Below are positions 18,006 through 27,803 of a DNA stretch of 32,000 bases, piece after piece. The stretch covers positions 3,480,001 to 3,512,000 of the forward strand of contig NC_008312.1 in the NCBI RefSeq assembly GCF_000014265.1. Direction: 5' to 3'. Numbering within the stretch: the first letter of the stretch is position 1; each line of letters starts with the position of its first letter. This DNA comes from Trichodesmium erythraeum IMS101 (GTDB lineage: Bacteria; Cyanobacteriota; Cyanobacteriia; Cyanobacteriales; Microcoleaceae). The translations under genes and the position numbers were made by a program. The notes under the pieces are model-generated. The model was not told the origin of the DNA, did no database searches, and saw only the letters and a list, made by a program, of their open reading frames with translations.

Positions 18006-18710
18006 ATGGAAATAGGAAAAAAACAACAATTAATTACTTATTTAAGTCAATTTATAACTCCAGCTCGTCGGGAAAAAATCTTATCAGTTTTACAGCAACG
18101 AACCCGCGACATTACTGTTATTTTAGAAGATATTTATCAGCCCCACAATGCTAGTGCAGTCCTGAGAAGTTGTGACAGTTTTGGTGTACAAGATGTGCAC
18201 ATTGTAGAGAATAAAAATATTTTTACAATCACTCAGAGTGTAACTATTGGTTCAGATCGTTGGTTAACATTATATCGTTATAATGAACAAAGTATAAACA
18301 ATACAGAAGAATGTTTAAAGAGATTAAAAAATGAGGGCTATGTAATAGCAGCAACAACTCCCTATAAAGAGCATATAACCATTGAGGAATTATCTGTAAA
18401 TACAAAAGTAGCGTTAATGTTTGGTTCAGAAATAAATGGGTTATCAGAATATGCTAAAAACAATGCAGATGTATCGGTCAAAATTCCCATGGTGGGGTTT
18501 AGTGAAAGTTTTAATATTTCTGTTAGCGCCGCTCTATGTTTATATAATTTGATGAGTCGCCTCAAAAAAGAGCATAATAATTGGAAATTAACGGAGACAG
18601 AAAAATTAGATTTGGAATTAAATTGGTTGCAGAAATCTATTAAAGGCGGGGAACTTATTGAGAAGAAATTTTTCAGAGATATTTATCAGACTACAGGCGG
18701 TGGGGAGTAG
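18006..18710 (+). CDS. trmH: SpoU/TrmH-family RNA 2'-O-methyltransferase (likely tRNA Gm18 methyltransferase)
   Basis: The SPOUT motifs present are VILEDIYQPHNASAVLRSCDSFG, LMFGSEINGLS and IPMVGFSESFNISVSAA. Confidence 0.85.
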   Translation: MEIGKKQQLITYLSQFITPARREKILSVLQQRTRDITVILEDIYQPHNASAVLRSCDSFGVQDVHIVENKNIFTITQSVTIGSDRWLTLYRYNEQSINNTEECLKRLKNEGYVIAATTPYKEHITIEELSVNTKVALMFGSEINGLSEYAKNNADVSVKIPMVGFSESFNISVSAALCLYNLMSRLKKEHNNWKLTETEKLDLELNWLQKSIKGGELIEKKFFRDIYQTTGGGE

Positions 18711-18748
18711 GAAATATAGGGAGATAGAAAACAATATTTAGTCAGGTA

Positions 18749-18796
18749 GGGTGCGTATTTACGGCTTAAATTTAAGCTGTATTTCTCTCACGCACC
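18749..18796. terminator. Palindromic element GTAGGGTGCGT...ACGCACCATTT, copy 2, between the convergent trmH and M48 genes; probable bidirectional terminator
   Basis: GGTGCGT (18750-18756) pairs with ACGCACC (18790-18796). The loop contains the perfect palindrome GCTTAAATTTAAGC. Confidence 0.4.
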
Positions 18797-18816
18797 ATTT
18801 TAGCTGTGTTAGTCTG

Positions 18817-19671
18817 CTAGGGCAGCAACCTATTTAAAATTACCTGATAACGTCTATCATCTAACCCATCACCATTATAGGCAAATTCAGGATTAATCAT
18901 TTGTTTCATCTGAGAAATTCGCGTCGATGTTGCTGGGTGAGTGCTAAGAAAAGATGGCGGCGAAGATTTTTTCAACAATTTTTGCATAAATGTAATTGCA
19001 GCATATTGAGCATATCCTGCTTTTCCTAATGTTTCAATTCCAATTTGATCAGCTTCAAATTCTGCCTGGCGGCTTTTGGGGCGACGTAATGCTAATTCTA
19101 CCGCTATTTGAACTGCAACACTATTATCTACACCTGCTGCAGTCGCTAAACCTTGTGCTAATAATGTTTGACGTAATTGTTTTAGTGCATGGCGATCGGC
19201 AATATGAGCAATTTCATGAGCAATAACACTAGCTAATTCTGCTTCATTATCGGCAGCTTTCATTAAACCAGTATTGATGTAAACAAAGCCTCCCATAGTA
19301 GCAAAAGCATTTATACTATCATCCTCTACTACCTGAAAAGTATAGGGAATATCTGAGCGGGGACTTGCTAAAACTAATCTTTGCCCAATTCTATCAATAT
19401 ATTTCTTAGCTGCGCGATCGCGATAAAGTTTAATATTTCCACTTTCCAATAACTGTTGATTAATTTGTTTACCTAGTTCAACTTCTTGAGTTTTAGACAG
19501 GTTAGAAATTGAGATCATTTGAATACTGCGAAAAATTAATTCTCTCCAGGGAATAGCTTGGCTGGGAAGTACTGTACCTGTCCATAAACTAACAGCGACT
19601 ATCACAGATATTAATGGGTATAATATTCTACGATAGGAGGACTGAGAAATCAAAGATAGTTTTTTCAACAT
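18817..19671 (-). CDS. M48-family zinc metalloprotease with an N-terminal signal/anchor
   Basis: It has an HEXXH motif (AHEIAHIADRH), a hydrophobic N-terminus (ILYPLISVIVAVSLWTGTVL), and a downstream EFEADQIG as the third ligand region. Confidence 0.9.
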   Translation of the reverse strand: MLKKLSLISQSSYRRILYPLISVIVAVSLWTGTVLPSQAIPWRELIFRSIQMISISNLSKTQEVELGKQINQQLLESGNIKLYRDRAAKKYIDRIGQRLVLASPRSDIPYTFQVVEDDSINAFATMGGFVYINTGLMKAADNEAELASVIAHEIAHIADRHALKQLRQTLLAQGLATAAGVDNSVAVQIAVELALRRPKSRQAEFEADQIGIETLGKAGYAQYAAITFMQKLLKKSSPPSFLSTHPATSTRISQMKQMINPEFAYNGDGLDDRRYQVILNRLLP

Positions 19672-20065
19672 GATGAATTTTTTTTATTTAGAGGTACTAG
19701 ATTTTGGGTCTATCAAGATATCATAAATTCGCAAACTATGTTTTGCTAATCTTGTTATTAACTACAAAAGTTATATATAGGTTTTCCGCAAAGCAAAAAC
19801 TAAATTTTTTCTGGAATATAAGGGAATTTAGCTAATAAAAACTTCCTTATCTTCCCCCTTAAAACTAATTTTTATCCTAAGTTACTGTGTAAGCATTCAG
19901 CCCTCAGACATCAGCATTTAGCTATTATAAAGATTTCCTAAAGTCTTGGCCGTATTAATCTCTAAATTTTTATCAGCATATCAAACCATTCTAGTAATAT
20001 TTTATGAAATTGGGATTTTAATTTTTATTAAAAGTAATACTATACTTAAAAAGTAGTAAAAATTA

Positions 20066-20350
20066 TGTAAGCATTCAGCTCTTTAGCAGTCAGCTTAAGC
20101 GCTTTTCCTAGACCATTGTGCGCAAAAAAAGATGAAGTTGAGCTGCTGATCTTTTTTATGTCGAACTTTTCATTCTTCTTGGAAGCTCATTATTTTTTCT
20201 AGCTAATTTGGAGCAGTCAGCTTGAGGGCTTTTCCTGAAAAATACGGGAAAAAAAGATAAAGTTGAGCTGCTTATCTTTTCGGTGTCAGACTTTTAATTC
20301 TTCTTACAAGCTAATTCCTCTAGCTGATAACTGATAGCTGAATCCTTACA
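20066..20350. repeat. Element bounded by inverted repeats and containing two 127-bp tandem units (MITE-like or a structured RNA locus)
   Basis: The inverted repeats are TGTAAGCATTCAGC (20066-20079) and GCTGAATCCTTACA (20337-20350), matching at 13 of 14 positions. The tandem units start at 20085 and 20212. A solo left end with a partial unit lies at 19888-19925. Confidence 0.6.
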
Positions 20351-20438
20351 AAATTACTAGAAACATCACAGAGGTTAGTCAACAATAAAATTACCTCAAT
20401 AAATAGTATTTATAAATATAAAATTTAAGTATCAAAAC

Positions 20439-20727
20439 TTTTTTTGATAATTAGTATTAGCTATTAATTGATAGTTTGCTCTGTAGCAATTATTATTAAT
20501 ATATTTAAGGATAATTAAAAGTATTATAAAAAAAATCCCAAGAATTTTTTTTTACTTTAATATGTTTAAAAAAATGAACTTTTTTTTGATAATTAGCATT
20601 GGCTATTAATTGATAGTCTGCTCTGTAGCAATTATTATTAATATATTTAAGGATGATTAAAAGTATTATAAAAAAATCCCAAGAATTTTTTTTTACTATC
20701 CATTTTAATATGTTAAAAAAAATGAAC
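20439..20727. repeat. Tandem duplication of a very AT-rich unit of about 141-148 bp
   Basis: Copy 1 is 20439-20579 and copy 2 is 20580-20727. They are near-identical apart from a few substitutions and a 7-bp insertion (atccatt) in copy 2. Confidence 0.8.
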
Positions 20728-21149
20728 CTTTAGCTCTTATTACCTCCTCATTAAGTATAAGTTACTAAGAATTAATAATCGAAATTATCTTGACTTATAA
20801 AGTATATATTTATTATTTATAAAACAGCTAAAAATGACTGCAAGCGAACTTAATAGTTACATCATTGTGATTTCTTTAAAAAGATGTTTTTCTGAGGAGT
20901 ATTATTAATTTTATTTACTGCACCTTTTTACATACAAGAATACTCATGATACTCATATAAATTTTCCCACACTGTCTACAATGGATAGTTTATGTGGTAA
21001 ATGTAGAAAAGTGATTAATCTTGACTTTGTGCTCAGACAACTAACTATATAGTATATGGGATATGTTGGAAGACTATAAAAAGCTCACTTGATAATTGGG
21101 CTATTTAATGTTGAGCAGTTTACTTTTGTAAAAATTAAGTTATAAAGTT

Positions 21150-21677
21150 ATGAAAATTTTGGATTCTCAAGGACGATTATTTGGTAAAATCAGTATCTTA
21201 GACCTTGGTGCCGTGTTAATAATTTTTATGGTATTGGTGGGAATATTTGTCTTTCCTGGTACTAACAAAAATTCTGTTGCTCAAGTGGGCAATGTTATTA
21301 CGAAACCAGTTGAAGTAGATGCTATTGCTTTAGGTTTAAAAGGTCGTTACCCTGAAAAATTATTAAAGGAGGGGGAAAAAACTCAATTAATTATCCGGAA
21401 CCAACCTTATGGAGAAGTCGACCTAAAATCTGTAGAGTTTTTGACTCGAAAAGTGGCAGTTCCTCAACCGGATGGAACGGTAAGAGCTTTACCAGATCCT
21501 AGAGATAAAGAACTATTTAGTAGAAATGTTTTACTAACATTAAAAGGTCAAGGCAGAGTTACTAATGATGGTCCTGTTTTAGGAAATATTAAGGTAAAAA
21601 TTGGGATGACAATTGAGCTAGAAGGTAGGGACTATAATTTTAATGCTAGTGTAATTGATGTACGAGTACAAGAGTAA
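21150..21677 (+). CDS. DUF4330-like membrane-anchored protein (175 aa)
   Basis: The N-terminus MKILDSQGRLFGKISILDLGAVLIIFMVLVGIF matches my memory of the cyanobacterial DUF4330 family. It has a single N-terminal TM segment. Confidence 0.7.
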   Translation: MKILDSQGRLFGKISILDLGAVLIIFMVLVGIFVFPGTNKNSVAQVGNVITKPVEVDAIALGLKGRYPEKLLKEGEKTQLIIRNQPYGEVDLKSVEFLTRKVAVPQPDGTVRALPDPRDKELFSRNVLLTLKGQGRVTNDGPVLGNIKVKIGMTIELEGRDYNFNASVIDVRVQE

Positions 21678-22114
21678 TTTATACTATTTCTCTGTAATAA
21701 CTTGCTTAATAATTGTTGCTTATATCTTATTTACACTGACTATTTTTAATCTTGAGATATTATACAAAGTGTCAAAACAAAATTTGAATTTGTTTTAATA
21801 ATCAGTGTGATTAAAAGACTTTAAATAAGATTTCTCTTTGGCAAAAAAATATAATTTCTAACCTCAAGAATGGTATTGCAGCTATTTATTATGAATCTTA
21901 ATTCCTAATAAATGGTTCCTAGTAATTTGTAGCCAATATTTATCATTATTGCTTAGTATTACAGTATGTTTAATAATCAGTGAGATATACTTTTGCTAAG
22001 TAAGATGCTCATAGTAAAATATTTTACTATTCACAGATTGTAGATAATTTTATTATCAATGCTGTATCTGTAATTTCCTATAAGTATTAGACTACTTAAC
22101 TCCTAACTCTCAAG

Positions 22115-22145
22115 AAGTAGAAGTTTGGTAACTGAACTTCTACTT
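22115..22145. terminator. Perfect 11-bp hairpin (AAGTAGAAGTT / AACTTCTACTT, 9-nt loop) just downstream of the methyltransferase stop
   Basis: 22115-22125 pairs with 22135-22145. TTGCTATT follows on the plus strand. The element lies 19 nt beyond the stop of the minus-strand gene at 22164. Confidence 0.4.
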
Positions 22146-22163
22146 TTGCTATTAATCAGAAAT

Positions 22164-22964
22164 TTATTTAGTTGCTACTACTGCTAAATTCCAAGCAAAT
22201 TTTTTAATTAAAGGCAACTTTTTTAACACCACATCCAACTTTTCTAATCTCCTATACATTGGTTCTAATCTTTGATGTTCAATAATAATCTTCTTCCAAT
22301 AACGTTCTTGATTTGGATTAACTTTTTCAATTAAATAAAACCTGAGAAAAATCCACAGAGTTGCTAACCAAAAAGTATCATAAGCTGTTTCTGAATAAAG
22401 AGATTTGATAAAATCAATAATATTAATATCCAGAGGCGTTTCATCCTCAGTTCTCACTTTTGTCGCAATGCGTCGATAAATATTAATAACTGGATTATGT
22501 TTTAATGGGTCCCAAAAACAAGCTTTACCGCCAGGTTTAAGAACCCGATGCATTTCCCTAATTGCTAATTTTGGATTTGGTAAGTGGTGAAGTAAGTTAG
22601 AAGCATAGACAAAATCAAAGGTATTATCAGGAAATTCTAATGCCATAGCATCCATAACTTTACCTTCAACTTTTACACTATTTTTTTCTGCTAAATTAAC
22701 AGCAACATCTACCATCCCTGAAGAATAATCTGTCGCTAAACACCGTGCTCCTTTTTTGGCAAAATAAACACTATTTTCTCCAGCTCCACAACCTAAATCT
22801 AACAAGTATTTATCTATTAAATCTCCCATTTGTTTAAGAATAAATCTGTTTTCTGGTGCGGTACAACTTTCAAAATAATCAACTACTCGGATACCTTCAA
22901 TATCAATAGTTGATGCCCAAACATCGTGAAATTTTCGCTCTTTAGCTAATACTTTGTCTTCCAT
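22164..22964 (-). CDS. Class I SAM-dependent methyltransferase
   Basis: Motif I is LLDLGCGAGENSVYFAKKG, the acidic post-I residue is in LATDYS, and motif II/III is FDFVYASNLLHHL ... LKPGG. Confidence 0.9.
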   Translation of the reverse strand: MEDKVLAKERKFHDVWASTIDIEGIRVVDYFESCTAPENRFILKQMGDLIDKYLLDLGCGAGENSVYFAKKGARCLATDYSSGMVDVAVNLAEKNSVKVEGKVMDAMALEFPDNTFDFVYASNLLHHLPNPKLAIREMHRVLKPGGKACFWDPLKHNPVINIYRRIATKVRTEDETPLDINIIDFIKSLYSETAYDTFWLATLWIFLRFYLIEKVNPNQERYWKKIIIEHQRLEPMYRRLEKLDVVLKKLPLIKKFAWNLAVVATK

Positions 22965-23653
22965 TGATTACTTCCTGATATTTTAAATATGTAAAAAAAA
23001 ATTGCTTTTACAGTAACATTAATTATTGTATTTGTTTTCAACCCAAATGATTACGGGATTTTAAATTCAATTTAGGTCTAAATTTTTATTGGATATAAAT
23101 AATATTAAATATAGCACTAGTTGTTAATTTATTGATTTTTTTTGACATCTAATTCCCTTTAGCAAATTGTTGTTCGATCACCTTTAACTTCTCTTATTAC
23201 TACATCAGTAACAGGATAGGAATTTTCACTCAAATACAGCGCTTGACCTTGTTATCAGGTATACCCCGCGGGCAAGATGCATGCACTACATAATTTTCAC
23301 AAAATATAGCCGTACATTATTTGCCTGATCGGATGCTGTATATAGTTTGACGATCTAGAGCTAATTTAGTACTTTTCTTAAATTCATCAAATAAATTATA
23401 TCAGTATTTACCCATAATAACCTTATGTAGTAGAGGTTTTCATATTGTGGAGCATGAGCTGCCATTAACCCCTACAAATGCTATATATATAGTTGTTTTA
23501 TAGTAAATGGGGTTTTTCCTAATAACTGAGCGTTAGCACTCCCAAATACTTGAAGTTTTAGTAGGTTTTACCGAGTTTATTGCCCTAATTATTATTGTTC
23601 AAATCAAGAAATTTTGTTAATAAACCCGGTTTCTACAATAAGTTTTAAGCTAG

Positions 23654-25279
23654 TCAACTACCAGCTACTACTTCCGTAGGTTGATCCTTTGGTAAATTTA
23701 TTTTCTCTACACCTCTTTGCAAAACTGCATACAACCGATTTAAAGCACTTAGATAAGCCTCAGCAGATGCCACAATAATATCAGTATTAGCAGCATGACC
23801 AGAATAAACCCGCCCTTCATGGCGCACGCGAATAGTGACTTCCCCAATAGCATCAATACCAGCAGTTACAGACTGCACAGAAAACTCAACTAAATCATTT
23901 TCTACATTCACCACTCGGTTAATTGCTTTGTACACAGCATCTACAGGACCAGTACCAATGGCAGCATCAGTTAATTCTTCCCCATTGGGAGTGCGGATAA
24001 TAACTGTAGCTGTAGGGCGAGAGCGATCGCCACAAGAAACCTGCACCAACTCCAAACGGAATAGTTCCGGTGGTTGTTGAATTTCAGCATTAACAATAGA
24101 TTCCAAATCCCAATCTGTTATTTCTTTCTTTTTATCTGCCAAGTCTTTGAACTTGATAAACGCCTTATTAATTTCTTCATCTGAAAGTTTAAACCCAAGC
24201 TCTTGCAACCTACTTTGGAAAGCATGACGACCCGAAAGTTTACCCAAAACAATCTGATTATCTGTCAACCCAATTGACTGAGCATCCATAATTTCATAGG
24301 TCAGTTTATTTTTGAGTACCCCATCTTGGTGAATACCTGACTCGTGAGCAAAAGCATTAGCACCAACAATAGCTTTATTTGGTTGCACGAACATTCCTGT
24401 CAAACTAGAAACCAAACGAGATGTTTTGTAAATATGACGAGTATTAATATTAGTTAGTGGTGTTTCTGACTCTGGTGGGCGACCAAAAAATGGGTTGAAA
24501 TATTGTCGCCGAACGTGAAACGCCATTACCAATTCTTCTAAAGCAGCATTACCAGCACGTTCCCCAATGCCATTGATAGTACATTCTAACTGACGAGCCC
24601 CATTTTTCACTGCTTCCAGAAAATTAGCGACTGCCAAACCCAAATCATTGTGACCGTGAACTGAAATAATAGCTTGGTCAATATTTGGTACATTTTCTTT
24701 AATACCCCGGATCAGCCCCCCAAACTCAGCAGGAGTTGTATAACCTACAGTATCAGGAATATTCACAGTAGTAGCTCCAGCAGCGATCGCCTTTTCCAAT
24801 ACTTGATAAAGAAATTCTGGGTCAGAGCGACCCGCATCTTCCGGAGAAAACTCTACATCGTCTACAAAGGTTTTAGCATAGGCAACCATTTCTGAAGCAA
24901 TCTCCAATACTTCTGCTCTAGTTTTCTTCAGTTTGTAAGCTAAGTGAATATCAGAGGTAGCAATAAAGGTATGAATACGCGCTTTAGCTGCTGGTTTAAG
25001 GGCTTTACCTGCTGCCTCAATATCTGCACGAGTTGTTCTTGCCAAACCGCAAATAGTTGGGCCTCCTTCTACTCCCACTATCTCAGCAATTTTTTGTACT
25101 GCCTCAAAATCCCCAATACTAGCATAGGGGAAACCAGCTTCAATGACGTCTACTCCCAAAAGAGATAGTTGTCGAGCAATGGTCAATTTTTCATCTATAT
25201 TGAGAGTTGCTCCTGGAGATTGTTCTCCATCCCTGAGGGTAGTATCAAAAATAATAACTCGGTCTTGACTGGTGATCAT
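23654..25279 (-). CDS. leuA: 2-isopropylmalate synthase
   Basis: It has [26 protein letters not shown] and a C-terminal LeuA dimerisation/regulatory region. The 541-aa length is typical of cyanobacterial LeuA. Confidence 0.95.
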   Translation of the reverse strand: MITSQDRVIIFDTTLRDGEQSPGATLNIDEKLTIARQLSLLGVDVIEAGFPYASIGDFEAVQKIAEIVGVEGGPTICGLARTTRADIEAAGKALKPAAKARIHTFIATSDIHLAYKLKKTRAEVLEIASEMVAYAKTFVDDVEFSPEDAGRSDPEFLYQVLEKAIAAGATTVNIPDTVGYTTPAEFGGLIRGIKENVPNIDQAIISVHGHNDLGLAVANFLEAVKNGARQLECTINGIGERAGNAALEELVMAFHVRRQYFNPFFGRPPESETPLTNINTRHIYKTSRLVSSLTGMFVQPNKAIVGANAFAHESGIHQDGVLKNKLTYEIMDAQSIGLTDNQIVLGKLSGRHAFQSRLQELGFKLSDEEINKAFIKFKDLADKKKEITDWDLESIVNAEIQQPPELFRLELVQVSCGDRSRPTATVIIRTPNGEELTDAAIGTGPVDAVYKAINRVVNVENDLVEFSVQSVTAGIDAIGEVTIRVRHEGRVYSGHAANTDIIVASAEAYLSALNRLYAVLQRGVEKINLPKDQPTEVVAGS

Positions 25280-25596
25280 TGCTTTTTCTTCTTTTACTCT
25301 ATAATGTTAAAGGGAAGTTGGCTTTATTTTATGCAATTTCTTTTCAAGTCCCTACACAAGCGACCGACTATAAAAGTTACAATACAAGACCGGACTTAGT
25401 TTGTAAACTTTTAGCTAATAGTCGGTAGGACTTATGCACGCACTTTAAATTATACACCAAAAATAGGGGTTAAGAACCAAGTGCTATGGCAAATGAAAAC
25501 CTCTACTATTTATGGTAATTATGGGTAAGTCCTAGTAGGATTTTTCTTTAACTGCTACTTATATTGTTCAAGCTTGGCCACTATCTCTAGTTGATA

Positions 25597-25795
25597 TTTT
25601 CCCCGGCTGTTAGGCACCCTTAAACAACTGACCCGTGGCTCTGATGAGAGTTAATGTTTTACGGTTAGCCTAACCCACCCCTCTTGGGAAGTGAACCGTC
25701 CATTTAAAGTCTGAGAATGCCTGAGGGCGACTTACTAAAAATTCTTGTTTGTCTTTGCTTGTTTCTTCAGGGTGCGAATTTCTCCGAAACCTAAA
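25597..25795 (+). repeat. Non-coding element, copy B (homologous to the reverse complement of 4960-5165)
   Basis: It shows the same three collinear blocks as copy A, with variable-length spacers between them (42 vs 67 nt, then 60 vs 56 nt). It lies in the 1.2-kb divergent intergenic region between leuA and the EgtC-like gene. Confidence 0.45.
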
Positions 25796-26524
25796 AGCTG
25801 CTCAAGTTCAACTTGAGGGTACGCGGAGAGTTTCTTAGGATCTCTTCTGTTGGAGGGTTTTTAGTGATACAAGGCGCGTGTTCAAAAACTACTTATTAAA
25901 AAGCTTGATGGGCGGGCGAGGCTTTAGAGCAAATTTTTCCCTAAATTTTAGATAAATGTTAGTATAATCTGTGAAAATTATAATCCACTTCCATCTCCTC
26001 CCAGGATTTGGAGTTTTAGGGTTATAGCACTTTACTCACTATTTTATGGTAAGATAAATATATCAGTTTTACTAAGCTCATTACTTTGAGTTTAGTAAAA
26101 GATTTATTGAAAGCATCTACTAAACCTATTCAATAAAAAGATTTATTGAAAGCACTGACTGAATAAATCGACTAAATAAATATTTAAAAGGACTGGTTCT
26201 ACTATCAAACTAGGGATAATGTACTGGCAATTTGAAGTTCTATAAGTGCTGGCGATCGCTGATTATTAGAAAATAGTTTTACTATCTTAAATTTAAGTTG
26301 CGATCGCTCAATTTGATCAGTTTTCTATACCCTACCTTTTCAACCTTAGTCGGTCTAAAACAGATATTTTAAATTATTTTTTTTTAATTGATGGTATTAC
26401 TCTATTGAATAAATTTCTCTCGATCTGAATTAGTTAAAAATGGATTGTATTGTTCATCAAAATGTTATGGTAATTAAATTACTAATATGTAGATGTATAC
26501 TAAAATCAAAAATCAAAAAATTAT

Positions 26525-27313
26525 ATGTGTAGATTATTAGGTTATCTTGGTGAGCCAATCTTATTAGAGTCCATTCTTACTCAACCAAAACACTCGTTAA
26601 TAGTCCAAAGTTATCAACCCCAAGAAATGCAAGAGTCATTACTAAATGCTGATGGATTTGGATTAGGTTGGTATGATACTCAAAAGCAGACTTCACCTTT
26701 TACTTATAAAAATACCCAACCTATTTGGAATGATATAAATCTTAAGAGTCTTGGTGGTTATATAGAGTCAGGCTGTATTCTAGGTTATGTTAGAAGTGCA
26801 ACTCTTGGTCAAGGAATTGATATCAGTAACTGTCAGCCATTTAATTACAAAAATATACTATTTATTCACAATGGCTATATTGATCAATTTCGATCTACTC
26901 TTTATAAACCCATACGGGATTCTCTCCAAGATATTCCATATTTATTGATTAACGGTAATACGGACTCTGAACATATTTTTGCTTTGTTAATTAATGAAGT
27001 TCTTGAAATAATTAAGTATAACTTTCAAGAAGCTTTACATAATATATTAATGTTTTTGAAAAAAATTGCTCAGGAAAATAAAGTCAAATTTTTGGCAAAT
27101 ACAATTATTACAGACGGACATCAATTAGTTGCTTCTAGATTTGCTCAAGAGGCAAGTTCACCTAGTCTTTATTGGTTAAAAAATTCTTCTAAATTTCCTA
27201 ATTCTGTAATTATAGCTTCCGAACCTTTGTTTGCAGATGATTGGCAAAAGTTTCCAGAACAAAGTATCACTAAAGTCAGTGAAAATCTTGATATTCAGAT
27301 CTATCAAATATGA
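26525..27313 (+). CDS. Class II (Ntn) glutamine amidotransferase, EgtC-like
   Basis: The N-terminus is Met-Cys (MCRLLGYLG), and LNADGFGLGWY follows. This closely resembles the N-terminal signature of EgtC-type amidohydrolases as I remember them. Confidence 0.8.
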   Translation: MCRLLGYLGEPILLESILTQPKHSLIVQSYQPQEMQESLLNADGFGLGWYDTQKQTSPFTYKNTQPIWNDINLKSLGGYIESGCILGYVRSATLGQGIDISNCQPFNYKNILFIHNGYIDQFRSTLYKPIRDSLQDIPYLLINGNTDSEHIFALLINEVLEIIKYNFQEALHNILMFLKKIAQENKVKFLANTIITDGHQLVASRFAQEASSPSLYWLKNSSKFPNSVIIASEPLFADDWQKFPEQSITKVSENLDIQIYQI

Positions 27314-27324
27314 AAGAGAAATAT

Positions 27325-27359
27325 GAGATATTTATCCCAAGAAAAATATCTCTATTTTA
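27325..27359 (+). terminator. Rho-independent-type terminator after the EgtC-like gene
   Basis: A 9-bp stem pairs GAGATATTT (27325-27333) with AAATATCTC (27344-27352) around a 10-nt loop, followed by TATTTTAG. Confidence 0.55.
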
Positions 27360-27803
27360 GATATTATATTTTAAGTGAAGTTAATTAATACAATAACCCC
27401 GATACAAAATACTATTTTGGGGTCAAAAAATCGACCATAAGTGAATTATAAAAAATTGCTTATTTTACCTGGTAAGACCTAGATATTATACTTAATACTT
27501 GAGTATTAGTGTCTGAAATTAAATTAAATAAAGGGAGAGCGATCGCCTGTTTAGCACAAAATATTTTTTTTAGAAAAAAAATATAAAATTTAACCATATT
27601 AAACTTCATGAGTAGTATAATTACTCATTAAAGAAAAGAGAAGCTGACTTAATATGCAGTGTATAGTGCATCTATAGACCTAAAATTTATTGTATGGGTA
27701 AAACTCTACACAATCATCTGAATTCTATATTTTTGAGAGAATCAAAGGATGATGAGTATCCTCAGTAAATTACCAATTAATTAAGACAAAAGGAGAATAA
27801 TTA

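Noticed and set aside
6067-19226. Other short ORFs in the track: 6067..6276, 8198..8395, 10186..10446, 13412..13618, 13813..14001, 18362..18565 and 18996..19226
   Set aside because: Each lies entirely within, and out of frame with or antisense to, a confidently identified longer CDS.
23835-25399. Four plus-strand ORFs (23835..24080, 24674..24895, 24944..25168, 25169..25399) overlapping leuA
   Set aside because: All are antisense shadows of the strongly supported leuA CDS. The last one extends only into the upstream spacer.
25641-25648. CTGATGAG, the hammerhead-ribozyme core motif, inside non-coding element B
   Set aside because: No matching GAAA core or flanking helices I-III could be drawn. 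The motif is also not conserved at the equivalent position of copy A.
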